Assembly (NCBI GenBank): GCA_945883505.1
Contig: CAMCXL010000002.1
Coordinates: 42,254 to 106,253 of the forward strand
Reading direction: 5' to 3'
DNA: 64,000 bases
DNA from: Rhodoluna limnophila
GTDB lineage: Bacteria; Actinomycetota; Actinomycetes; Actinomycetales; Microbacteriaceae
Part shown: positions 30,133 through 38,935 of the stretch, one piece after another
Numbering within the stretch: the first letter of the stretch is position 1
Layout: each line of letters starts with the position of its first letter
Notes under the pieces: generated by a model
Seen by the model: only the letters and a program-made list of their open reading frames with translations
Databases searched by the model: none
What the model was told of the DNA's origin: nothing
Translations under genes and position numbers: made by a program

Positions 30133-31053
30133 GTGAGCCGAGTGCCACCAGAAGATCCACTTGCCGACCTAATACTGGCTCTGGATATAAAAGATGCCGG
30201 CGGAGCAAGAACCAAAGAGGACATCTTTATTGGCCCTTCCCAGTGGATGCCTCACGGCAGAGTCTTTGGTGGCCAGGTGCTAGCCCAGTGCCACGTTGCG
30301 GCAACCAGAACAGTTGACCCGGAGCGAATCCTGCATTCGCTGCACGGCTATTTCCTAAGGCCAGGGGATATCGAGCTTCCAATCACCTTTTCCGTTGACC
30401 GATTAAGGGATGGAAGATCATTTTCGACCAGAAGAGTTCAGGCCTACCAAAAAGGCGAACCGATATTTTCCATGATTGCCTCTTTTCAAATCGAGAGCCC
30501 AGGATTAACCCACCAAGAGGAAATGCCCAAAGACATCACCGCTCCCGAAGATCTTCCATCAGCTGCTGAGGTGCTGGGAGGAATTCCTCACCCAGTTGCC
30601 CAGTACTGGGCCAAGGCAAGACCATTTGACATGAGGCACGTCCAGTCACCGATCTACTTCGAAGTAAAGGGTGAGCCAGTGGCTCACCAGGCAGTATGGC
30701 TGAAAGCCATTGGCGAACTTCCAAAATCTCAAACACTGCACCAGGCAGCCCTAGCTTACGCATCTGATTTCACACTTTTGGAAAGTGTTTACCGCAGACA
30801 CAAAATCTCTTGGGCCAAGCCAGGACTCAAAACAGCAAGCCTTGATCACGCGATGTGGTTTCACGCGCCAGCAAAGGTCGATGATTGGATGCTCTACGTT
30901 CAAGAATCCCCGGCTGCTCAAAACAGCCGAGGTCTAGCCCTTGGAAAAATATTTAGTCGCGACGGAGTGCTGCTTGCAACAGTTGCCCAAGAGGGAATGG
31001 TTCGAGTTCCCGAGGGAGCAGTTGCTAGTCTCTTGTCAGTCTTCGGTAGGTAG
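30133..31053 (+). CDS. tesB: acyl-CoA thioesterase II
   Basis: 306 aa double hot-dog fold. GRVFGGQVLAQ, LHGYFLRPGD, RDGRSFSTRRV and SLDHAMWFH. GTG start. Confidence 0.85.
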   Translation: MSRVPPEDPLADLILALDIKDAGGARTKEDIFIGPSQWMPHGRVFGGQVLAQCHVAATRTVDPERILHSLHGYFLRPGDIELPITFSVDRLRDGRSFSTRRVQAYQKGEPIFSMIASFQIESPGLTHQEEMPKDITAPEDLPSAAEVLGGIPHPVAQYWAKARPFDMRHVQSPIYFEVKGEPVAHQAVWLKAIGELPKSQTLHQAALAYASDFTLLESVYRRHKISWAKPGLKTASLDHAMWFHAPAKVDDWMLYVQESPAAQNSRGLALGKIFSRDGVLLATVAQEGMVRVPEGAVASLLSVFGR

Positions 31054-32707
31054 AGCGATGAGGCTTGGCAGCCTCCGGACCTAGTCGTTCAATCTTGTTG
31101 GCCTCGTAGGAGTCAAAGTTTCCCTCGAACCAGTACCAGTTGCCGGAGCTCTCATCGGTACCCTCGTAGGCCAAGATATGAGTTGCAACTCGGTCCAAGA
31201 ACCAGCGATCGTGTGTGATCACCACAGCGCAACCGGGAAATTCAAGAAGAGCGTTTTCCAAGGACCCTAAGGTTTCAACATCCAAGTCGTTAGTTGGCTC
31301 GTCAAGTAGCAGGAGGTTTCCACCCTGCTTTAATGTCAATGCCAAGTTCAGGCGGTTTCTTTCTCCACCCGATAAAACACCGGCTGCTTTTTGCTGGTCC
31401 GGACCCTTGAATCCAAATGCCGCCACGTATGCCCTAGATGGCATCTCAACCTGGCCGACGTGAATGTAGTCCAGGCCTCCAGAAACTACCTCCCACAAAC
31501 TCTTATCCGGATCAATTCCGGCCCGGGACTGGTCGACGTAAGAAATCTTCACAGTCTCACCAATTTTTAGTTCGCCGCCATCGAGTTGTTCCTCGCCAAC
31601 AATCATCTTGAATAGCGTCGACTTACCAACACCGTTTGGACCAATTACTCCGACGATGCCGTTTCTAGGAAGTGAGAAGGAAAGGTCCGAAATAAGTGTC
31701 CGGTCACCGAATTTTTTGACCAAGGACTTAGCTTCCAAAACGACGTTTCCAAGTCGAGGACCCGGAGGAATCTGAATTTCTTCGAAATCCAGCTTTCTGG
31801 TCTTGTCAGCTTCTGAAGCCATTTCCTCATACTTGGCTAGACGAGCTTTGGACTTGGTCTGCTTAGCCTTCGGAGACGATCTAACCCACTCAAGTTCGTC
31901 CGAGAGCCGCTTGGCTAGCTTGGCGTCTTTTTTACCTTGGACCATAAGGCGCTCTCGCTTTTTCTCCAGGTAAGTCGAGTAGTTACCTTCGTAGGGGTAA
32001 GCGCGGCCGCGATCTAGTTCCAGAATCCACTCGGCAACGTTGTCCAGAAAGTACCTATCGTGTGTCACGGCAAGAACGGCTCCGGTGTACTTAGCAAGGT
32101 GCTGCTCGAGCCAGAGCACACTCTCTGCGTCCAAGTGGTTTGTCGGCTCATCAAGTAACAAAAGATCTGGCTTTTCCAACAGAAGTTTGCAAAGTGCCAC
32201 GCGGCGTTTTTCCCCACCCGATAAGTGAGTAATGGGGGTGTCCCCCGGCGGGCAGCGAAGAGCGTCCATTGCCTGCTCCAGCTGCGAATCTAAGTCCCAG
32301 GCGTCTAGGTGGTCGATTTGCTCCTGCAAGACACCCATCTCTTCAAGAAGGGTGTCGTAGTCAGCGTCTGGGTTTGCAAGTTCTGCGGAAATTTCGTTGA
32401 AGCGATCGAGTTTTGCTTTGGTTTCGTGAACTGCTTCCTCGACATTTCCAAGAACTGTTTTTTCCTCATTTAGCTTTGGCTCCTGCATCAAGATGCCAAC
32501 TGTGTAGCCATCGCTTAGGCGAGCTTCGCCATTTGAAGGGGTGTCGATTCCGGCCATGATCTTTAGAACTGAGGACTTACCGGAACCGTTTGGTCCAACC
32601 ACGCCAATCTTGGCACCGGGAAGAAAAGACAGGGTGACATCGTCGAGGATGACCTTATCGCCGTGCGCTTTGCGCGCCTTGATCATCTGGTAAATAAACT
32701 CGGCCAT
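31025..32707 (-). CDS. ettA: energy-dependent translational throttle protein EttA (ABC-F ATPase)
   Basis: 560 aa. MAEFIYQM start, two ABC cassettes (GPNGSGKSS and GPNGVGKST, LSGGEKRRVAL and LSGGERNRLNL) and an inter-domain linker. Its 3' end overlaps tesB by 29 nt, convergent. Confidence 0.95.
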   Translation of the reverse strand: MAEFIYQMIKARKAHGDKVILDDVTLSFLPGAKIGVVGPNGSGKSSVLKIMAGIDTPSNGEARLSDGYTVGILMQEPKLNEEKTVLGNVEEAVHETKAKLDRFNEISAELANPDADYDTLLEEMGVLQEQIDHLDAWDLDSQLEQAMDALRCPPGDTPITHLSGGEKRRVALCKLLLEKPDLLLLDEPTNHLDAESVLWLEQHLAKYTGAVLAVTHDRYFLDNVAEWILELDRGRAYPYEGNYSTYLEKKRERLMVQGKKDAKLAKRLSDELEWVRSSPKAKQTKSKARLAKYEEMASEADKTRKLDFEEIQIPPGPRLGNVVLEAKSLVKKFGDRTLISDLSFSLPRNGIVGVIGPNGVGKSTLFKMIVGEEQLDGGELKIGETVKISYVDQSRAGIDPDKSLWEVVSGGLDYIHVGQVEMPSRAYVAAFGFKGPDQQKAAGVLSGGERNRLNLALTLKQGGNLLLLDEPTNDLDVETLGSLENALLEFPGCAVVITHDRWFLDRVATHILAYEGTDESSGNWYWFEGNFDSYEANKIERLGPEAAKPHRSTYRRLTRD

Positions 32708-32730
32708 CTAGTTTCCCTAATTTTTTGTCA

Positions 32731-32852
32731 GTGTCAAAAAAAATGACACCCTCTCTACTTCAAGTGTGCTATCGGTTGAGTTTATCCGACAATGATTTGG
32801 TTCGTTATCTTCGAGCCAGCTCACATACCCACATTTGAGTAGAAAGGGTGTC
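32731..32852 (-). promoter_or_regulatory. structured ssb-ettA spacer: 15-bp long-range stem plus U8 tract, and a GTGTCA-A7-TGACAC palindrome
   Basis: The arms at 32852-32838 and 32759-32745 are fully complementary on the minus-strand RNA (14 Watson-Crick pairs plus 1 G:U) but give a C:A mismatch on the plus strand. The 3' arm is followed by AUUUUUUUU. The palindrome spans 32731-32749, 23-42 nt upstream of the ettA ATG. Confidence 0.3.
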
Positions 32853-32895
32853 TTTTTCGACCAGGCGCTTAGGGGGAAGATGCCTGGCCGGGTCT

Positions 32896-33336
32896 TTAGC
32901 TTCCCTTGGCTCCAACCAATTCGCTCTCAGTATCGAGCTCGCTCTCATCGGGATCTTGGTCTTCCGGATCTTCTCTTACTAGAACAGTCCTAGTAAATTC
33001 CGTTGTTCCCCAGCTAAGGTCCGGGCCCAGTGAGTCTGCTTCTATTTCAACGGAGGTGCCGGTGCGCTCTCCGTTATCCCAGTCCCGAACCTTTAGCCTT
33101 CCGGTGGCAACGATTCGGTCACCCTTTGAAATTGATGAGGCGCTGTTTATTGCCAATTGCCTAAATGAGGTGATGGTGAACCAATTGGTCTCCCCATCCA
33201 CCCAGGTCTTCTTGGTTCTGTCATAGCGGCGCTTTGAAGCTGCCAACCTAAAGGATGTGATTGGCAATCCCTCTTGGGTGACTAGGTGACGGGGTGTGGT
33301 GGCAACAAGGCCTGACACCGTAAAGTTTTCTGACAT
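32896..33336 (-). CDS. ssb: single-stranded DNA-binding protein (short paralogue type)
   Basis: 146 aa. OB-fold pattern VSGLVATTPRHLVTQEGLPITSFRLAS...TNWFTITSFRQLA and an acidic C-terminal tail. Adjacent to ettA, as in other actinobacteria. Confidence 0.82.
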   Translation of the reverse strand: MSENFTVSGLVATTPRHLVTQEGLPITSFRLAASKRRYDRTKKTWVDGETNWFTITSFRQLAINSASSISKGDRIVATGRLKVRDWDNGERTGTSVEIEADSLGPDLSWGTTEFTRTVLVREDPEDQDPDESELDTESELVGAKGS

Positions 33337-33432
33337 AACTATCCTTCTTTCAACCTGATTGGTCTAATCAGGTAAAAAGAATCTCATTCAGTAATCAGGC
33401 TGTGTTGGGACAAATCCAATCTGTGGAAAACT

Positions 33433-33954
33433 TCACTTTAGGTAGGAAGTGAAGGCCTTGGCGGTTTTTTCCATCTTGGGCTTAACGACAAAGTTGCAGT
33501 AGCCCTGATTTGGGTTCTTGGCAAAAAAGTCTTGGTGATAGTCCTCGCCCATCCAGAACGTTTGAAGTGGCTCGAGGGTTGTAACAATCCCCTGCCCCCA
33601 AACTTCCCCAGCTCGATCAAGAGAGTCTTGAAATAGAAGTTTCTGGGAATCGTCCTGATAGAACATGCAGCTTCTATAACTCGAGCCAATGTCGTTTCCC
33701 TGACGATTTAGCTGGGTGGGGTCGTGCAGTGTGAAAAAGATATCCAGCACCGTTTCGGCTGGAATCACTGATTCGTCAAAAATGACCCTGGCCACCTCGG
33801 CGTGACCGGTGGCCTCGGAGCAAACGGTTTCATAGTCGGGGTAGCTGGTATGGCCCCCGGCGTAGCCCACCTCAACATCTTGAATCCCCCGAAACTGCAT
33901 AAAGCTTGAATCTAGGCACCAAAAGCAACCTCCGCCAAGCACAAAATTCATCAT
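33433..33954 (-). CDS. msrA: peptide-methionine (S)-S-oxide reductase
   Basis: Starts at MMNFVLGGGCFWCLD (the GCFWC active site), followed by GYAGG, HAEV and DYHQDFF. The track ORF up to 34218 adds an implausible 88-aa extension that would overlap the divergent reductase gene. Confidence 0.9.
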   Translation of the reverse strand: MMNFVLGGGCFWCLDSSFMQFRGIQDVEVGYAGGHTSYPDYETVCSEATGHAEVARVIFDESVIPAETVLDIFFTLHDPTQLNRQGNDIGSSYRSCMFYQDDSQKLLFQDSLDRAGEVWGQGIVTTLEPLQTFWMGEDYHQDFFAKNPNQGYCNFVVKPKMEKTAKAFTSYLK

Positions 33955-33972
33955 GCTAGCTAGCTTAGGCTT

Positions 33973-34980
33973 GTGCCTATGAAATTCCGAGCCAGCCAAG
34001 AGCGCTACGCCCAGATGAAGTATCGCCGAACCGGCAAATCCGGTTTGCTGCTTCCGGAAATCTCGTTGGGGCTTTGGCATAACTTTGGTAAGGACCACAG
34101 CTTTGCCAACCAAAGAAAAGTACTCCGCCGCGCCTTTGACCTTGGAATTACACACTTTGACCTGGCCAATAACTACGGCCCGCCCTACGGGGCCGCCGAA
34201 GAAAACTTTGGCGATCACTTCGACAAAGACTTTGCCCCCTACCGCGATGAGCTAATTATTTCCACCAAGGCCGGATATGACATGTGGGATGGTCCTTACG
34301 GAAATCTAGGGTCTAGAAAGTACCTGCTGGCTTCCCTTGATCAATCACTTGATCGAATGGGTTTGGACTACGTCGACATTTTTTATTCACACCGCTTTGA
34401 TCCAGACACTCCCCTGGAAGAAACTATGGGAGCTTTGGCTACTGCGGTTTCTTCGGGTAAGGCGCTCTACGTGGGAATCTCAAACTACGATCCATATCAG
34501 ACCGAAAGAGCCAAGCAAATTCTGGACTCGATGGGTGTGCCGCTTTTGATTCATCAGCCGAAATACTCGATGTTTGTAAGAACTCCCGAGAACGGCTTAT
34601 TTGATACTCTCGGGCGCCTCGGAATCGGTTCAATTGTCTTTTCTCCGCTGGCTCAAGGACTACTGACAGATCGCTACCTAGACGGAAATGTTCCGAAAAA
34701 CTCTAGGGCCGCCAAGTCAAAGCACTTGACTGAGCAGAAAGTTTCCAATGAGTATCTTCTTGCAGCCAAGCGACTAAACGAGATAGCTGCCAGCCGCGGC
34801 CAATCACTTGCTCAACTGGCACTTTCTTGGGTGCTTCGGCAGCCCACTGTAACAAGCGCTCTCATCGGTGCCTCGAGCGTGAAACAGCTTGAACAAAACC
34901 ACGCTGCCATAAACGGCCAGCCACTGACGCAGGCGGAGCTTTCAGAAATTGACCTTCTTGCCAAACCGGGACTGGTCTAA
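33973..34980 (+). CDS. aldo/keto reductase (YghZ / L-glyceraldehyde-3-phosphate reductase-like)
   Basis: 335 aa. ERYAQMKYRRTGKSGLLLPEISLGLWHNFG resembles the YghZ-type N-terminus. Also DLANNYGPPYGAAEENFG and SPLAQGLLTDRY. The start is GTG 33973 or ATG 33979. Confidence 0.85.
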   Translation: MPMKFRASQERYAQMKYRRTGKSGLLLPEISLGLWHNFGKDHSFANQRKVLRRAFDLGITHFDLANNYGPPYGAAEENFGDHFDKDFAPYRDELIISTKAGYDMWDGPYGNLGSRKYLLASLDQSLDRMGLDYVDIFYSHRFDPDTPLEETMGALATAVSSGKALYVGISNYDPYQTERAKQILDSMGVPLLIHQPKYSMFVRTPENGLFDTLGRLGIGSIVFSPLAQGLLTDRYLDGNVPKNSRAAKSKHLTEQKVSNEYLLAAKRLNEIAASRGQSLAQLALSWVLRQPTVTSALIGASSVKQLEQNHAAINGQPLTQAELSEIDLLAKPGLV

Positions 34981-34988
34981 CTAATAAA

Positions 34989-35939
34989 TTGAAAACTAGA
35001 CACCCTTTTCTTGGAGTTATCTTTGCCCTGTCCGGGGTATTGCTGTTTGGCCTGAACGCCTCAACTTCGAAAGTTGTGATGTCTTCTGGAATCTCCCCTG
35101 AGGAGATAGTGATCTTCCGCTCGCTGGCAACAGCCCTCGGGGCTGGCATCGCGCTAGCAATAGCAAACCGAAAAGCCTTCAGGGTCCAAAAACACGAATG
35201 GCGGGGACTAATCCTGTTTGGGATTTTCGGAGTTGCCCTAATGCAGTGGTCCTACTCAAATGCGGTAAAGAATCTGCCGATCGGCATCGCACTTCTTATT
35301 GAGTACACAGCAATCGTGATTGTTCCATTGGTTTCACTCTGGCTATTCAAGGAAAAGGTCAAGGCCAGGCTTTGGTTTGCCATTGTCATGGTCTTGGGTG
35401 GCCTGGTGGTAGTCTCCAGGATCTGGGACGGTGGATTAAATCCAGTTGGATTGATGTTTGCCGTCATGGCGGCACTGTTTCTTAGTTTCTACTTCCTGAT
35501 GGGTGAGCACACTCTCAAAAAGCGTGACGCCCTGTCCACTTTGTTTTACTCAATGACTATTTCGGCACTATTTTGGCTAATCGTCACACCGTGGTGGAAC
35601 TTTAAGCCCGCTATCTTGGCCCAAGAAGTTTCCCTGACTGGGAACTTGAGTCAGCTGGAGCTTCCGCTCTGGGCGCTTTTAGTCTGGGTTGGAATCTTTG
35701 GATCGTTTCTGCCGATGCTGTTTTCCTTCCTTGCCTTGGTGCACCTAAGTGCCACTTCTGTCGGTGTTATCTCCACCGGTGAGACCGTAACAGCATTCTT
35801 TTTTGCCTGGGCCTGGCTAAATGAGAAGATAGATGGAATACAGGCACTCGGGGGAATCCTTGTGGTCTCGGGAATTGTTTTGGCCCAGACTTCGAGAGTA
35901 AGAGAAAAGGACAAGGAACTAGATAATGGCAACAGTTGA
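34989..35939 (+). CDS. EamA-family (DMT superfamily) transporter
   Basis: 316 aa, 10 TM arranged as two EamA-like halves. TTG start. Confidence 0.72.
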   Translation: MKTRHPFLGVIFALSGVLLFGLNASTSKVVMSSGISPEEIVIFRSLATALGAGIALAIANRKAFRVQKHEWRGLILFGIFGVALMQWSYSNAVKNLPIGIALLIEYTAIVIVPLVSLWLFKEKVKARLWFAIVMVLGGLVVVSRIWDGGLNPVGLMFAVMAALFLSFYFLMGEHTLKKRDALSTLFYSMTISALFWLIVTPWWNFKPAILAQEVSLTGNLSQLELPLWALLVWVGIFGSFLPMLFSFLALVHLSATSVGVISTGETVTAFFFAWAWLNEKIDGIQALGGILVVSGIVLAQTSRVREKDKELDNGNS

Positions 35940-36312
35940 CCTGACTCACGCAAGCTTTGGATCTCAAATTGAAAAAGATGGCATCACACTGGTGGACTTT
36001 TGGGCCGAGTGGTGTGGACCGTGCAAGATGTTTGGTCCAATCTTTGAAACTGTCAGTGAAAAATACCCGGAAATCACTTTCGGCAAAGTAGACACCGAAG
36101 CCGAGCAGCAACTAGCCGGCGAAGCCGGCATCAGTTCTATTCCAACCCTGATGGTGTTCCGGGATGGGATCTTGCTATACAACAGCCCCGGTGCTATCCC
36201 GGCTGAAGCACTCGACGAAATAATTTCAGCGGTTCAGGGTCTAAACATGGACGAGGTGCGCGCCGAGGTTGCAAAGCAGCTCGAAGAAGCCAAGAACCAA
36301 TCACAGTCCTAA
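35926..36312 (+). CDS. trxA: thioredoxin
   Basis: 128 aa. WAEWCGPCKMF active site and IPTLMVFRDG. Overlaps the EamA gene end by 14 nt. Confidence 0.92.
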   Translation: MATVDLTHASFGSQIEKDGITLVDFWAEWCGPCKMFGPIFETVSEKYPEITFGKVDTEAEQQLAGEAGISSIPTLMVFRDGILLYNSPGAIPAEALDEIISAVQGLNMDEVRAEVAKQLEEAKNQSQS

Positions 36313-36340
36313 ATATTCCTATTGATTTTCAAAGGCGAAA

Positions 36341-36562
36341 ATGAAAAACAATTCAGCTGCCATGCTTGCAACCGTTGCCCTGGCGGGTTTGGTTGCGTTG
36401 CTGCTGAGCTTTTTTGACACCGGGACCTGCGTAGTTCCAGACGCCGAGGGTTTCACAACCTGTGCCGAAATTGCCAATCAGCGTGTCTGGGCAGCCTGGA
36501 TTCTAGGAGCGGTTTTTGTAATTGGTCTTGCCGTTTCGGTGACCCGTAAGAAAAAGCGCTAG
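36341..36562 (+). CDS. small two-TM membrane protein with a loop cysteine pair
   Basis: 73 aa. TM1 AAMLATVALAGLVALLLSFF, loop CVVPDAEGFTTC, TM2 AAWILGAVFVIGLAVSV, then a KKKR tail. Ends 2 nt before the decarboxylase start. Confidence 0.45.
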   Translation: MKNNSAAMLATVALAGLVALLLSFFDTGTCVVPDAEGFTTCAEIANQRVWAAWILGAVFVIGLAVSVTRKKKR

Positions 36563-36564
36563 TT

Positions 36565-37926
36565 ATGCATAAAGGCAACGAAGAATCTAAAGCGCTCCGC
36601 GAAAAGATTTTTGAGTACGTTCGAGTTCGGATGGATTATGACCCAATTCCACTGGATTACCCAAAGTCCGAGCAAGAGCTGTTTGCCGAAGCCGGGATAA
36701 CTCTCACCGAACAAGGTTTGGGTGGGGAACAGGCCCTAAAGCTATTTCAAGATGTCTTAGCTCCCGCAACTATCTCAACCGACCACCCGGGCTTTGTGTC
36801 TTTCATTCCCAATGCCGCCACCGAAGCGGCTAGCCTTTTTGACTTGGTGGTCTCGGCAAGCTCGATCTATGGCGGATCTTGGCTAGAGGGTTCCGGTGCC
36901 GTTTTTGCTGAGAACCAGGTTCTGGAGTGGTTTGCCGCCGAGGTGGGACTACCCAAGGGCTCCGGCGGAACCTTTGTTCAAGGTGGAACGATTGGAAACC
37001 TTTCGGCTCTTGCTACCGCAAGGCAAGCACACCGGAACAATCTGACGCAAGCCGGTATCAACTTTGCCGGACGCTTGGCCTTTATCGCCTCCGCTGAGTC
37101 ACACTCCTCGCTTAAGGCAGCCGCCAAGATGATGGATGTGGATATTTTGTTAGCCGAGCCAGCAGAAGATGGGCGACTCCAGGCCTCTTCTGTGAAGAGT
37201 GTTTACGACTCTGCGGCTGAGCATTCGGTGTTTGCAATTGTGGCAACCGGTGGAACCACAAACTTTGGAATAGTCGATGATCTTCGCGGCATCGGCGAAT
37301 TCGCTACTTCTTCGAAAACCTGGTTTCACATCGACGGCGCCTACGGGCTGGCTGGGGTGTTGAGTAACAAGTATAAGAAGCTCTTCGATGGCTCAGAGCT
37401 TGCCGATTCATTCATAGTCGATCCGCACAAGTGGCTCTTTGCTCCCTTCGATGCCTGCGCCCTGGTTTATAGAAACCCAAGTATTGCCAGAGCTACTCAC
37501 ACCCAACACGGTGAGTACCTTGAAGCCCTAAACGACTCAGGTCTTTGGAATCCGGCCGATTATTCATTTGGTCTAACCAGAAGAACTCGCGGTCTGCCAC
37601 TCTGGTTCTCGCTTGCAACTCACGGAATACAAAAGTATCGAGAGGCAATTGAGCACAACATTGATGTCGCTCATGAGGTGGCTGCCCTAATCAAAACCAT
37701 GGATCACGTGGAGCTAGTTCGAGAGCCTGAATTATCGGTTGTGGTGTTTGAGCGAAAAGGTTGGGAACTGGCTGATTACAACGCCTGGTCAGATAAGTTG
37801 CTAAGAGATGAGATTGGTTTTGTGGTGCCTTCAAGCCATAAGGGCAAGCCAAACACCCGTTTTGCCATTGTAAATCCGCTCACTAGCGTTGCACTATTGA
37901 CTGAGATTCTTGAGAGCATGAAGTAA
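36565..37926 (+). CDS. group II pyridoxal-phosphate-dependent amino-acid decarboxylase (substrate unknown)
   Basis: 453 aa. GGTIGNLSAL, WFHIDGAYG and the PLP-lysine motif VDPHKWLFAP. The architecture resembles the Ddc / glutamate / aromatic-amino-acid decarboxylase group. Confidence 0.85.
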   Translation: MHKGNEESKALREKIFEYVRVRMDYDPIPLDYPKSEQELFAEAGITLTEQGLGGEQALKLFQDVLAPATISTDHPGFVSFIPNAATEAASLFDLVVSASSIYGGSWLEGSGAVFAENQVLEWFAAEVGLPKGSGGTFVQGGTIGNLSALATARQAHRNNLTQAGINFAGRLAFIASAESHSSLKAAAKMMDVDILLAEPAEDGRLQASSVKSVYDSAAEHSVFAIVATGGTTNFGIVDDLRGIGEFATSSKTWFHIDGAYGLAGVLSNKYKKLFDGSELADSFIVDPHKWLFAPFDACALVYRNPSIARATHTQHGEYLEALNDSGLWNPADYSFGLTRRTRGLPLWFSLATHGIQKYREAIEHNIDVAHEVAALIKTMDHVELVREPELSVVVFERKGWELADYNAWSDKLLRDEIGFVVPSSHKGKPNTRFAIVNPLTSVALLTEILESMK

Positions 37927-37930
37927 GGAT

Positions 37931-38935
37931 ATGACCATGAAGCTCACCATCGCTCAGGCACCGGAAAGCCTTTCAAGGGTTAAGCAGCCGACCAGAAAAC
38001 CACTTCGGGTGGCACTAGTTCAGACCAAGTGGCACGAAGATCAAGCAAAGCACGAGGAAGTTCTACTCGATGGAATTGCTCAAGCCGCCGGTGCTGGTGC
38101 CAAGATTGTTTTTTTGCAGGAGCTAACTCTTTCTAGATACCCGGCTGATCAAAAACCCACCGGGGTGCCTTCAAAAATTGCAGAGCAACTCCAGGGTGGT
38201 AAGACACACTCTTTTGCTGCAAACGCCGCAAAACAACATGGTGTGATTATTCACGCCTCGCTATACGAGCAGGCTGATCTTCAAGATGGCAGAGGGCTAA
38301 ACACTGCAATCTTGGTTGATACTCAAGGGGAAATTATTGCCCGCACTCCAAAGCTTCACATTCCGGTAACCGCCGGGTACTTCGAGGACAAATACTTTCA
38401 GCCGGGGCCTGCGGATTTAGAGCCTTACCCGGTCTATGAATTGGATCTTGATGGCACCAAGGCCAGCTTTGGACTTCCGACCTGTTGGGACGAATGGTTT
38501 CCAGAGGTAGCCAGAAACTATTCGCTGCGCGGAGCCGAAATCATCGCCTACCCCACCGCTATCGGTTCAGAGCCAGACCACCCAGATTTTGACACCGAAC
38601 CACTTTGGCGACAGGTGATTGTCGGTCACGGCATCGCAAATGGAACTTTCATGGTTGTTCCAAACCGCTACGGCAACGAAGGGTCACTGAACTTCTATGG
38701 AAGTTCATTTATCAGCGATCCGTTTGGAAGGGTGCTGGCAAGGGCTGGAAGAGACACCGATGAAGTGCTGGTCGCGGATCTTGATCTAGATCAAAGACGA
38801 GATTGGTTGGATCTATTTCCTTTTCTTGCAACCCGTCGACCCGACACCTACGAGATGCTCACTAACCCGATTACAAATAAACGTCTTGACTCTGGCGACG
38901 GCGAACAAGGTGGCATTGCGGGAGTAAGAAAATAA
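37931..38935 (+). CDS. aguB: carbon-nitrogen hydrolase, N-carbamoylputrescine amidase-like
   Basis: 334 aa. Nitrilase-superfamily pattern (VALVQTKW..., IVFLQELT, TCWDEWFPE with the catalytic Cys, YPTAIGSEP). Overlaps the aguA start by 1 nt (TAATG). Confidence 0.78.
   Translation: MTMKLTIAQAPESLSRVKQPTRKPLRVALVQTKWHEDQAKHEEVLLDGIAQAAGAGAKIVFLQELTLSRYPADQKPTGVPSKIAEQLQGGKTHSFAANAAKQHGVIIHASLYEQADLQDGRGLNTAILVDTQGEIIARTPKLHIPVTAGYFEDKYFQPGPADLEPYPVYELDLDGTKASFGLPTCWDEWFPEVARNYSLRGAEIIAYPTAIGSEPDHPDFDTEPLWRQVIVGHGIANGTFMVVPNRYGNEGSLNFYGSSFISDPFGRVLARAGRDTDEVLVADLDLDQRRDWLDLFPFLATRRPDTYEMLTNPITNKRLDSGDGEQGGIAGVRK

Noticed and set aside
32732-32737. Perfect TTGACA -35-like hexamer on the minus strand upstream of ettA
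   Set aside because: At 16-18 nt spacing the candidate -10 hexamers (GAAACT, AAACTA, AACTAG) do not fit TANNNT and would place the start inside the ATG. The hexamer is better explained as half of the GTGTCA/TGACAC palindrome.
33955-34218. 88-aa N-terminal extension of the msrA ORF given by the track
   Set aside because: The MsrA family sequence begins at MMNFVLGGGCFWC (ATG 33954). The extension is basic and low in information, and it would overlap the well-supported divergent aldo/keto reductase gene.
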